Below are positions 51,218-64,000 of a DNA stretch of 64,000 bases, piece after piece. Each line of letters opens with the position of its first letter. Within the stretch, counting starts at the first letter, position 1. This DNA comes from Eledone cirrhosa (lineage: Eukaryota): positions 346,518,001 through 346,582,000 of the forward strand of contig OZ024742.1 of assembly GCA_964016885.1 (NCBI GenBank), written 5' to 3'. The position numbers and the translations under genes are program-made. Under the pieces are notes generated by a model that was not told the origin of the DNA, ran no database searches, and worked only from the letters and a program-made list of their open reading frames with translations.

Positions 51218-54200
51218 TTGTAATATAAGTCCACATTAAGATACTTGTAATATAAGCCCACATTAAGATGCTTGTATTATAAGCCAACATTAAGATACTT
51301 GTATTAAAAGCCTACATTAAGATACTTGTAATATAAGCCTAGATTAAGATACGTGTATTATAAGCCAACAGTAAGATACTTGTATTATAAGCCTACATTA
51401 AGATACTTGTAATATAAGCCAACATTAAGATACTTGTAATATAAGCCTACATTAAGATACTTGTAATATAAGCCCACATTAAGATACCTGTATTATAAGC
51501 CTACAGTAAGATATTTGTAATATAAGCCTTCATTAAGATACTTGTATTATAAGCCTAGATTAAGATACTTGTAATATAAGCCAACATTAAGATACTTGTA
51601 ATATAAGCCAACATTAAGATACTTGTAATATAAGCCTAAATTAAGATACTTGTAATATAAGCCCACATTAAGATACTTGTAATATAAGCCCACATTAAGA
51701 TACGTGTAATATAAGCCTAAATTAAGATACTTGTAATATAAGCCTAAATTAAGATACTTGTAATATAAGCCTACATTAATATACTTGTAATATAAGCCTA
51801 CATTAGGATACGTGTAATATAAGCCTACATTAAGATACTTGTAATATAAGCCAACATTAAGATACTTGTAATATAAGCCTAAATTAAGATACTTGTAATA
51901 TAAGCCTACATTAAGATACTTGTAATATAAGCCTACATTAAGATACGTGTAATATAAGCCTACATTAAGATACTTGTAATATAAGACAACATTAAGATAC
52001 TTGTAATATAAGCCTAAATTAAGATACTTGTAATATAAGCCAACATTAAGATACTTGTAATATAAGCCGACATTAAGATACTTGTAATATAAGCCTACAT
52101 TAAGATACTTGTAATATAAGCCTCCATTAAGATACTTGTATTATAAGCCTACATTAAGATACTTGTAATATAAGCCTACATTAAGATACTTGTATTATAA
52201 GCCTTCATTAAGATACTTGTAATATAAGCCTACATTAAGATACTTGTATTATAAGCCTACATTGAGATACTTGTATTATAACCCCACATTAAGACACTTG
52301 TAATATAAGCCTACATTAAGATACTTGTATTATAAGTCTACATTAAGATACTTGTAATATAAGCCGACATTAAGATACTTGTATTATAAGCCTACATTAA
52401 GATACTTGTAATATAAGCCTACATTAAGATACTTGTATTATAAGCCTACATTAAGATACTTGCATTATAAGCCCACATTAAGATACTTGTAATATAAGCC
52501 TACATTAAGATACTTGTATTATAAGCCTACATTAAGATACTTGTAATATAATCCCACATTAAGATACTTGTAATATAATCCCACATTAAGATACGTGTAA
52601 AATAAGCCAACATTAAGATACTTGTAATATAAGCCTACATTAAGATACTCGTAATATAAGCCTACATTAAGATACTTGTAATATAAGCCAACATTAAGAT
52701 ACTTGTAATATAAGCCCACATTAAGATACTTGTAATATAAGCCAACATTAAGATACTTGTATTATAAGCCTACATTAAGATACTTGTAATATAAGCCGAC
52801 ATTAAGATACTTGTAATATAAGCCTACATTAAGATACTTGTAATATAAGCCAACATTAAGATATTTGTATTATAAGCCTACATTAAGATACTTGTAATAT
52901 AAGCCTACATTAAGATACTTGTATTATAACCCTACATTAAGATACTTGTAATATAAGCCTAAATTAAGATACTTGTATTATAAGCCCACATTAAGATACT
53001 TGTAATATAAGCCAACATTAAGATACTAGTATTATAAGCCTACATTAAGATACATGGAATATAAGCCTACATTAAGATACTTGTATTATAAGCCAACATT
53101 AAGATACTTGTATTATAATCCCACATTAAGATACTTGTAATATAAGCCTGCATTAAGATACTTGTATTATAAGCCGACATTAAGATACTTGTATTATAAT
53201 TCCACATTAAGATACTTGTAATATAAGCCTACATTAAGATACTTGTATTATAAGCCCACATTAAGATACGTGTAATATAAGCCAACATTAAGATACTTGT
53301 AATATAAGCCTAAATTAAGATACTCGTAATATAAGCCTCCATTAAGATACTTGTATTATAAGCCAACATTAAGATACTTGTATTATAAGCCCACATTAAG
53401 ATACTTGTAATATAAGCCTTCATTAAGATACTTGTAATATATGTCTACATTAAGATACTTGTAATATAAGCCTCCATTAAGATACTTGTATTATAAGCCT
53501 GCATTAAGATACTTGTATTATAAGCCTACATTAAGATACTTGTAATATAAGCCTACATTAAGATACTTGTAATATAAGCCGACATTAAGATACTTGTAAT
53601 ATAAGCCAACATTAAGATACTTGTATTATAAGCCTACATTAAGATACTTGTAATATAAGCCGACATTAAGATACTTGTAATATATGCGAAAATTAAGATA
53701 CTTGTAATATAAGCCCACATTAAGATACTTGTAATATAAGCTTTCATTAAGATACCTGTATTATAAGCCTGCATTAAGATACTTGTAATATAACCCTACA
53801 TTAAGATACATGTATTATAAGCCTACATTAAGATACTTGTAATATAAGCCTAAATTAAGATAGTTGTATTATAAGCATACATTAAGATACTTGTATTATA
53901 AGCCTACATTAAGATACTTGTAATATAAGCCAACATTAAGATACTTGTATTATAAGCCTACATTAAGATACTTGTAATATAAGCCTGCATTAAGATACTT
54001 GTATTATAAGCCTACATTAAGATACTTGTATTATAATCCCACATTAAGATACTTGTAATATAAGCCTTCATTAAGATACTTGTATTATAAGCACACATTC
54101 AGATACTTGTATTATAAGCCTACATTAAGATACTTGTAATATAAGCCAACATTAAGATACTTGTAATATAAGTCTACATTAAGATACTCGTAATATAAGC

Positions 54201-57200
54201 CTACATTAAGATGCTTGTAATATAAGCCTACATTAAGATACTTGTAATATAATCCTACATTAAGATACTTGTAATATAAGCCTACATTAAGATACTCGTA
54301 ATATAAGCCTACATTAAGATACTTGTATTATAAGCCTACATTAAGATACTTGTAATATAATCCCACATTAAGATACTTGTATTATAAGCCTTCATTAAGA
54401 TACTTGTAATATAAGCCTACATTAAGATACTTGTATTATAAGCCTACATTGAGATACTTGTATTATAAGCCCACATTAAGACACTTGTAATATAAGCCAA
54501 CATTAAGATACTTGTAATATAAGCCTCCATTAAGATACTTGTATTATAAGCCTACATTAAGATACTTGTAATATAAGCCTACATTAAGATACTTGTATTA
54601 TAAGCCTTCATTAAGATACTTGTAATATAAGCCTACATTAAGATACTTGTATTATAAGCCTTCATTGAGATACTTGTATTATAAGCCAACATTAAGACAC
54701 TTGTAATATAAGCCTACATTAAGATACTTGTATTATAAGTCTACATTAAGATACTTGTAATATAAGCCGACATTAAGATACTTGTATTATAAGCCTACAT
54801 TAAGATACTTGTAATATAAGCCTACATTAAGATACTTGTATTATAAGCCTACATTAAGATACTTGCATTATAAGCCCACATTAAGATACTTGTAATATAA
54901 GCCTACATTAAGATACTTGTATTATAATCCTACATTAAGATACTTGTATTATAAGCCCACATTAAGATACTTGTAATATAATCCCACATTAAGATACTTG
55001 TAATATAATCCCACGTTAAGATACGTCTAAAATAAGCCAACATTAAGATACTTGTTATATAAGCCTACATTAAGATACTCGTAATATAAGCCTACATTAA
55101 GATACTTGTAATATAAGCCAACATTAAGATATTTGTATTATAAGCCTACATTAAGATACTTGTAATATAAGCCTACATTAAGATAATTGTATTATAAGCC
55201 TACATTAAGATACTTGTAATATAAGCCTAAATTAAGATACTTGTATTATAAGCCGACATTAAGATACTTGTAATATAAGCCAACATTAAGATACTTGTAT
55301 TATAAGCCTACATTAAGATACTTGGAATATAAGCCTTCATTAAGATACTTGTATTATAAGCCAACATTAAGATACTTGTATTATAATCCCACATTAAGAT
55401 ACTTGTAATATAAGCCTACATTAAGATACTTGTATTATAAGCCCACATTAAAATACTTGTATTATAAGCCCACATTAAGATACTTGTAATATAAGCCTAC
55501 ATTAAGATACTTGTATTATAAGCCCACATTAAGATACGTGTAATATAAGCCAACATTAAGATACTTGTAATATAAGCCTAAATTAAGATACTCGTAATAT
55601 AAGCCTCCATTAAGATACTTTTATTATAAGCCTACATTAAGATACTTGTATTATAAGCCCACATTAAGATACTTGTAATATAAGCCTTCATTAAGATACT
55701 TGTAATATAAGTCTACATTAAGATGCTTGTAATATAAGCCTACATTAACATACTTGTATTATAAGCCTACATTAAGATACTTGTAATATAAGCCGACATT
55801 AAGACACTTGTAATATAAGCGAAAATTAAGATACTTGTAATATAAGCCCACATTAAGATACTTGTAATATAAGCCTTCATTAAGATACTTGTATTATAAG
55901 CCAACATTAAGATACTTGTATTATAAGCCTACATTAAGATACTTGTATTATAAGCCTACATTAAGATACTTGTAATATAAGCCTAAATTAAGATAGTTGT
56001 ATTATAAGCATACATTAAGATACTTGTATTATAAGCCGACATTAAGATACTTGTAATATAAGCCAACATTAAGATACTTGTATTATAAGCCTACATTAAG
56101 ATACTTGTAATATAAGCCTCCATTAAGATACTTGTATTATAAGCCTACATTAAGATACTTGTATTATAAGCCCACATTAAGATACTTGTAATATAAGCCA
56201 ACATTAAGATACTTGTATTATAAGCCTACATTAAGATACTTGTAATATAAGCCTCCATTAAGATACTTGTATTATAAGCCTACATTAAGATACTTGTATT
56301 ATAAGCCCACATTAAGATACTTGTAATATAAGCCTTCATTAAGATACTTGTAATATAAGTCTACATTAAGATACTTGTAATATAAGCCTACATTAAGATA
56401 CTTGTATTATAAGCCTACATTAAGATACTTGTATTATAAGCCTACATTAAGATACTTGTAATATAAGCCTACATTTAGATACTTGTAATATAAGCCAACA
56501 TTAAGATACTTGTAATATAAGCCAACATTAAGATACTTGTATTATAAGCCTACATTAAGATACTTGTAATATAAGCCTACATTAAGATACTTGTAATATA
56601 AGCCTTCATTAAGATACATGTATTATAAGCCTTCATTAAGAAACTTGTAATATAAGCCTACATTAAGATACTTGTATTATAAGCCTACATTAAGATACTT
56701 GTATTATAAGCCCACATTAAGACACTTGTAATATAAGCCTACATTAAGATACTTGTATTATAAGTCTACATTATGATACTTGTAATATAAGCCCACATTA
56801 AGATACTTGTATTATAAGCCTACATTAAGATACTTGTAATATAAGCCTACATTAAGATACTTGTATCATAAGCCTACATTAAGATACTTGCATTATAAGT
56901 CCACATTAAGATACTTGTAATATAAGCCTACATTAAGATACTTGTATTATAAGCCTACATTAAGATACTTATATTATAAGCCAACATTAAGATACTTGTA
57001 ATATAATCCCACATCAAGATACTTGTAATATAATCCCACATTAAGATACTTGTTATATAATCCCACATTAAGATACTTGTAATATAATCCAACATTAAGA
57101 TACTTGTAATATAAGCCTAGGTTAATATACGTGTAATATAAGCCAACATTAAGATACTTGTATTATAAGCCTACATTAAGATACTTGTAATATAAGCCTA

Positions 57201-60200
57201 CATTAAGATACTTGTAATATAAGCCTACATTAAGATACGTGTAATATAAGCCTACATTAAGATACTTGTAATATAAGCCTTCATTAAGATACATGTATTA
57301 TAAGCCTTCATTAAGATACTTGTAATATAAGCCTACATTAAGATACTTGTATTATAATCCTACATTAAGATACTTGTATTATAAGCTCCCATTAAGATAC
57401 TTGTAATATAATCCCACATTAAGATACTTGTAATATAATCCCACGTTATGATACGTGTAAAATAAGCCAACATTAAGATACTTGTAATATGAGCTTACAT
57501 TAAGATACTCGTAATATAAGCCTACATTAAGATACTTGTAATATAAGCCAACATTAAGATATTTGTATTATAAGCCTACATTAAGATACTTGTAATATAA
57601 GCCTACATTAAGATAATTGTATTATAAGCCTACATTAAGATACTTGTAATATAAGCCTAAATTAAGATACTTGTATTATAAGCCGACATTAAGATACTTG
57701 TAATATAAGCCAACATTAAGATACTTGTATTATAAGCCTACATTAAGATACTTGGAATATAAGCCTTCATTAAGATACTTGTATTATAAGCCAACATTAA
57801 GATACTTGTATTATAATCCCACATTAAGATACTTGTAATATAAGCCTACATTAAGATACTTGTATTATAAGCCCACATTAAAATACTTGTATTATAAGCC
57901 CACATTAAGATACTTGTAATATAAGCCTACATTAAGATACTTGTATTATAAGCCCACATTAAGATACGTGTAATATAAGCCAACATTAAGATACTTGTAA
58001 TATAAGCCTAAATTAAGATAGTTGTATTATAAGCATACATTAAGATACTTGTATTATAAGCCGACATTAAGATACTTGTAATATAAGCCAACATTAAGAT
58101 ACTTGTATTATAAGCCTACATTAAGATACTTGTAATATAAGCCTCCATTAAGATACTTGTATTATAAGCCTACATTAAGATACTTGTATTATAAGCCCAC
58201 ATTAAGATACTTGTAATATAAGCCAACATTAAGATACTTGTATTATAAGCCTACATTAAGATACTTGTAATATAAGCCAACATTAAGATATTTGTATTAT
58301 AAGCCTACATTAAGATACTTGTAATATAAGCCTACATTAAGATAATTGTAATATAAGCCTCCATTAAGATACTTTTATTATAAGCCTACATTAAGATACT
58401 TGTATTATAAGCCCACATTAAGATACTTGTAATATAAGCCTTCATTAAGATACTTGTAATATAAGTCTACATTAAGATACTTGTAATATAAGCCTACATT
58501 AAGATACTTGTATTATAAGCCTACATTAAGATACTTGTAATATAAGCCGACATTAAGACACTTGTAATATAAGCGAAAATTAAGATACTTGTAATATAAG
58601 CCAACATTAAGATACTTGTAATATAAGCCTTCATTAAGATACTTGTATTATAAGCCTACATTAAGATACTTGTATTATAAGCCTACATTAAGATACTTGT
58701 ATTATAAGCCTACATTAAGATACTTGTAATATAAGCCTAAATTAAGATAGTTGTATTATAAGCATACATTAAGATACTTGTATTATAAGCCGACATTAAG
58801 ATACTTGTAATATAAGCCAACATTAAGATACTTGTATTATAAGCCTACATTAAGATACTTGTAATATAAGCCTCCATTAAGATACTTGTATTATAAGCCT
58901 ACATTAAGATACTTGTATTATAAGCCCACATTAAGATACTTGTAATATAAGCCAACATTAAGATACTTGTATTATAAGCCTACATTAAGATACTTGTAAT
59001 ATAAGCCTCCATTAAGATACTTGTATTATAAGCCTACATTAAGATACTTGTATTATAAGCCCACATTAAGATACTTGTAATATAAGCCTTCATTAAGATA
59101 CTTGTAATATAAGTCTACATTAAGATACTTGTAATATAAGCCTACATTAAGATACTTGTATTATAAGCCTACATTAAGATACTTGTATTATAAGCCTACA
59201 TTAAGATACTTGTAATATAAGCCTACATTTAGATACTTGTAATATAAGCTAACATTAAGATACTTGTAATATAAGCCAACATTAAGATACTTGTATTATA
59301 AGCCTACATTAAGATACTTGTAATATAAGCCTACATTAAGATACTTGTAATATAAGCCTACATTAAGATACGTGTAATATAAGCCTACATTAAGATACTT
59401 GTAATATAAGCCTTCATTAAGATACATGTATTATAAGCCTTCATTAAGAAACTTGTAATATAAGCCTACATTAAGATACTTGTATTATAAGCCTACATTA
59501 AGATACTTGTATTATAAGCCCACATTAAGACACTTGTAATATAAGCCTACATTAAGATACTTGTATTATAAGTCTACATTATGATACTTGTAATATAAGC
59601 CTACATTAAGATACTTGTATTATAAGCCTACATTAAGATACTTGTAATATAAGCCTACATTAAGATACTTGTATCATAAGCCTACATTAAGATACTTGCA
59701 TTATAAGTCCACATTAAGATACTTGTAATATAAGCCTACATTAAGATACTTGTATTATAAGCCTACATTAAGATACTTATATTATAAGCCAACATTAAGA
59801 TACTTGTAATATAATCCCACATTAAGATACTTGTAATATAATCCCACATTAAGATACTTGTTATATAATCCCACATTAAGATACTTGTAATATAAGCCTA
59901 CATTAAGATACTTGTAATATAATCCAACATTAAGATACTTGTAATATAAGCCTAGGTTAATATACGTGTAATATAAGCCAACATTAAGATACTTGTATTA
60001 TAAGCCTACATTAAGATACTTGTAATATAAGCCTACATTAAGATACTTGTAATATAAGCCTACATTAAGATACGTGTAATATAAGCCTACATTAAGATAC
60101 TTGTAATATAAGCCTTCATTAAGATACATGTATTATAAGCCTTCATTAAGAAACTTGTAATATAAGCCTACATTAAGATACTTGTATTATAAGCCTACAT

Positions 60201-63200
60201 TAAGATACTTGTATTATAAGCCCACATTAAGATACGTGTAATATAAGCCAACATTAAGATACTTGTAATATAAGCCTAAATTAAGATACTCGTAATATAA
60301 GCCTCCATTAAGATACTTTTATTATAAGCCTACATTAAGATACTTGTATTATAAGCCCACATTAAGATACTTGTAATATAAGCCTTCATTAAGATACTTG
60401 TAATATAAGTCTACATTAAGATACTTGTAATATAAGCCTACATTAAGATACTTGTATTATAAGCCTACATTAAGATACTTGTAATATAAGCCGACATTAA
60501 GACACTTGTAATATAAGCGAAAATTAAGATACTTGTAATATAAGCCCACATTAAGATACTTGTAATATAAGCCTTCATTAAGATACTTGTATTATAAGCC
60601 TACATTAAGATACTTGTAATATAAGCCTACATTAAGATACTTGTATTATAAGCCTACATTAAGATACTTGTAATATAAGCCTAAATTAAGATAGTTGTAT
60701 TATAAGCATACATTAAGATACTTGTATTATAAGCCGACATTAAGATACTTGTAATATAAGCCAACATTAAGATACTTGTATTATAAGCCTACATTAAGAT
60801 ACTTGTAATATAAGCCTCCATTAATATACTTGTATTATAAGCCTACATTAAGATACTTGTATTATAAGCCCACATTAAGATACTTGTAATATAAGCCAAC
60901 ATTAAGATACTTGTATTATAAGCCTACATTAAGATACTTGTAATATAAGCCTCCATTAAGATACTTGTATTATAAGCCTACATTAAGATACTTGTATTAT
61001 AAGCCCACATTAAGATACTTGTAATATAAGCCTTCATTAAGATACTTGTAATATAATTCTACATTAAGATACTTGTATTATAAGCCCACATTAAGATACT
61101 TGTAATATAATCCCACATTAAGATACTTGTAATATAATCCCACGTTAAGATACGTGTAAAATAAGCCAACATTAAGATACTTGTAATATAAGCCTACATT
61201 AAGATACTCGTAATATAAGCCTACATTAAGATACTTGTAATATAAGCCAACATTAAGATACTTGTAATATAAGCCTACATTAAGATACTTGTAATATAAG
61301 CCAACATTAAGATACTTGTATTATAAGCCTACATTAAAATACTTGTAATATAAGCCGACATTAAGATACTTGTAATATAAGCCTTCATTAAGATACTTAT
61401 AATATAAGCCAACATTAAGATATTTGTATTATAAGCCTACATTAAGATACTTGTAATATAAGCCTACATTAAGATAATTGTATTATAAGCCTACATTAAG
61501 ATACTTGTAATATAAGCCTAAATTAAGATACTTGTATTATAAGCCCACATTAAGATACTTGTAATATAAGCCAACATTAAGATACTTGTATTATAAGCCT
61601 ACATTAAGATACTTGGAATATAAGCCTACATTAAGATACTTGTATTATAAGCCAATATTAAGATACTTGTATTATAATCCCACATTAAGATACTTGTAAT
61701 ATAAGCTTACATTAATATACTTGTATTATAAGCCCACATTAAGATACTTGTATTATAATCCCACATTAAGATACTTGTAATATAAGCCTACATTAAGATA
61801 CTTGTATTATAAGCCCACATTAAGATACGTGTAATATAAGCCAACATTAATATACTTGTAATATAAGCCTAAATTAAGATGCTCGTAATATAAGCCTCCA
61901 TTAAGATACTTGTATTATAAGCCTACATTAAGATACTTGTATTATAAGCCAACATTAAGATACTTGTAATATAAGCCTTCATTAAGATACTTGTAATATA
62001 AGTCTACATTAAGATACTTGTAATATAAGCCTACATTAAGATACTTGTATTATAAGCCTACATTAAGATACTTGTATTATAAGCCTACATTAAGATACTT
62101 GTATTATAAGCCCACATTAAGACACTTGTAATATAAGCCTACATTAAGATACTTGTATTATAAGTCTACATTATGATACTTGTAATATAAGCCCACATTA
62201 AGATACTTGTATTATAAGCCTACATTAAGATACTTGTAATATAAGCCTACATTAAGATACTTGTATCATAAGCCTACATTAAGATACTTGCATTATAAGT
62301 CCACATTAAGATACTTGTAATATAAGCCTACATTAAGATACTTGTATTATAAGCCTACATTAAGATACTTATATTATAAGCCTACATTAAGATACTTGTA
62401 ATATAATCCCACATTAAGATACTTGTAATATAATCCCACATTAAGATACTTGTTATATAAGCCAACATTAAGATAGTTGTAATATAAGCCTACATTAAGA
62501 TACTTGTAATATAATCCAACATTAAGATACTTGTAATATAAGCCTAGGTTAATATACGTGTAATATAAGCCAACATTAAGATACTTGTATTATACGCCTA
62601 CATTAAGATACTTGTAATATAAGCCTACACTAAGATACTTGTAATATAAGCCTACATTAAGATACGTGTAATATAAGCCTACATTAAGATACTTGTAATA
62701 TAAGCCTTCATTAAGATACATGTATTATAAGCCTTCATTAAGAAACTTGTAATATAAGCCTACATTAAGATACTTGTATTATAAGCCTACATTAAGACAC
62801 TTGTATTATAAGCCCACATTAAGATACGTGTAATATAAGCCAACATTAAGATACTTGTAATATAAGCCTAAATTAAGATACTCGTAATATAAGCCTCCAT
62901 TAAGATACTTGTATTATAAGCCAACATTAAGATACTTGTATTATAAGCCCACATTAAGATACTTGTAATATAAGCCTTCATTAAGATACTTGTAATATAA
63001 GTCTACATTAAGATACTTGTAATATAAGCCTCCATTAAGATACTTGTATTATAAGCCTGCATTAAGATACTTGTATTATAAACCTACATTAAGATACTTG
63101 TAATATAAGCCTACATTAAGATACTTGTAATATAAGCCAACATTAAGATACTTGTAATATAAGCCAACATTAAGATACTTGTATTATAAGCCTACATTAA

Positions 63201-64000
63201 GATGCTTGTAATATAAGCCGACATTAAGATACTTGTAATATATGCGAAATTTAAGATACTTGTAATATAAGCCAACATTAAGATACTTGTAATATAAGCC
63301 TTCATTAAGATACCTGTATTATAAGCCTGCATTAAGATACTTGTAATATAACCCTACATTAAGATACATGTATTATAAGCCTACATTAAGATACTTGTAA
63401 TATAAGCCTAAATTAAGATAGTTGTATTATAAGCATACATTAAGATACTTGTATTATAAGCCTACATTAAGATACTTGTAATATAAGCCAACATTAAGAT
63501 ACTTGTATTATAAGCCTACATTAAGATACTTGTAATATAAGCCTGCATTAAGATACTTGTATTATAAGCCTACATTAAGATACTTGTATTATAATCCCAC
63601 ATTAAGATACTTGTAATATAAGCCTACATTAAGATACTTGTATTATAAGCACACATTCAGATACTTGTATTATAAGCCTACATTAAGATACTTGTAATAT
63701 AAGCCAACATTAAGATACTTGTAATATAAGTCTACATTAAGATACTCGTAATATAAGCCTACATTAAGATGCTTGTAATATAAGCCTACATTAAGATACT
63801 TGTAATATAATCCTACATTAAGATACTTGTAATATAAGCCTACATTAAGATACTCGTAATATAAGCCTACATTAAGATACTTGTATTATAAGCCTACATT
63901 AAGATACTTGTATCATAAGCCTACATTAAGATACTTGCATTATAAGTCCACATTAAGATACTTGTAATATAAGCCTACATTAAGATACTTGTATTATAAG
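51218..64000. repeat. 27-bp satellite array (TAATATAAGCCTACATTAAGATACTTG), about 470 monomers, runs off the window end
   Basis: Direct reading; substitution variants, with the register checked at several marker variants. Confidence 0.98.

Noticed and set aside
51218-64000. 27-bp array as a CRISPR array, or ORF 52519-52719 as a gene
   Set aside because: There are no unique spacers or cas genes; the ORF is a chance stop-free run of monomers.

Overview
AT-rich animal genomic DNA with no recognisable host gene. The SINE family and the (TA)n/(CA)n/(GA)n density suggest an octopus-like cephalopod, which is an inference. The window is bounded by a 22-bp G-rich minisatellite (1-1225) and a 27-bp satellite array (51218-64000) that begins right after a hAT-like terminus. 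Between them lie one apparently intact, very young Penelope-like element (PLE; RT plus GIY-YIG ORF 36232-38553, with direct and inverted pLTRs), decayed PLEs, RTE/Tx1/CRE LINE fragments and many tRNA-derived SINEs. Reading by eye, I find roughly 30 type I hammerhead ribozyme (HHR) motifs from a dozen or more families. Several families use the uncommon U3-A8 core (UUGANAA instead of CUGANGA), and one pair of homologous copies covaries C3-G8 versus U3-A8. Several HHRs sit once per unit in non-coding tandem or circularly permuted monomers of about 466, 573, 616, 683 and 842 nt, mostly inserted in or beside (TA)n/(TG)n tracts and often as fold-backs. This looks like a PLE-driven, microsatellite-associated retrozyme/circRNA system. 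All structures are hand-folded and none is tested.
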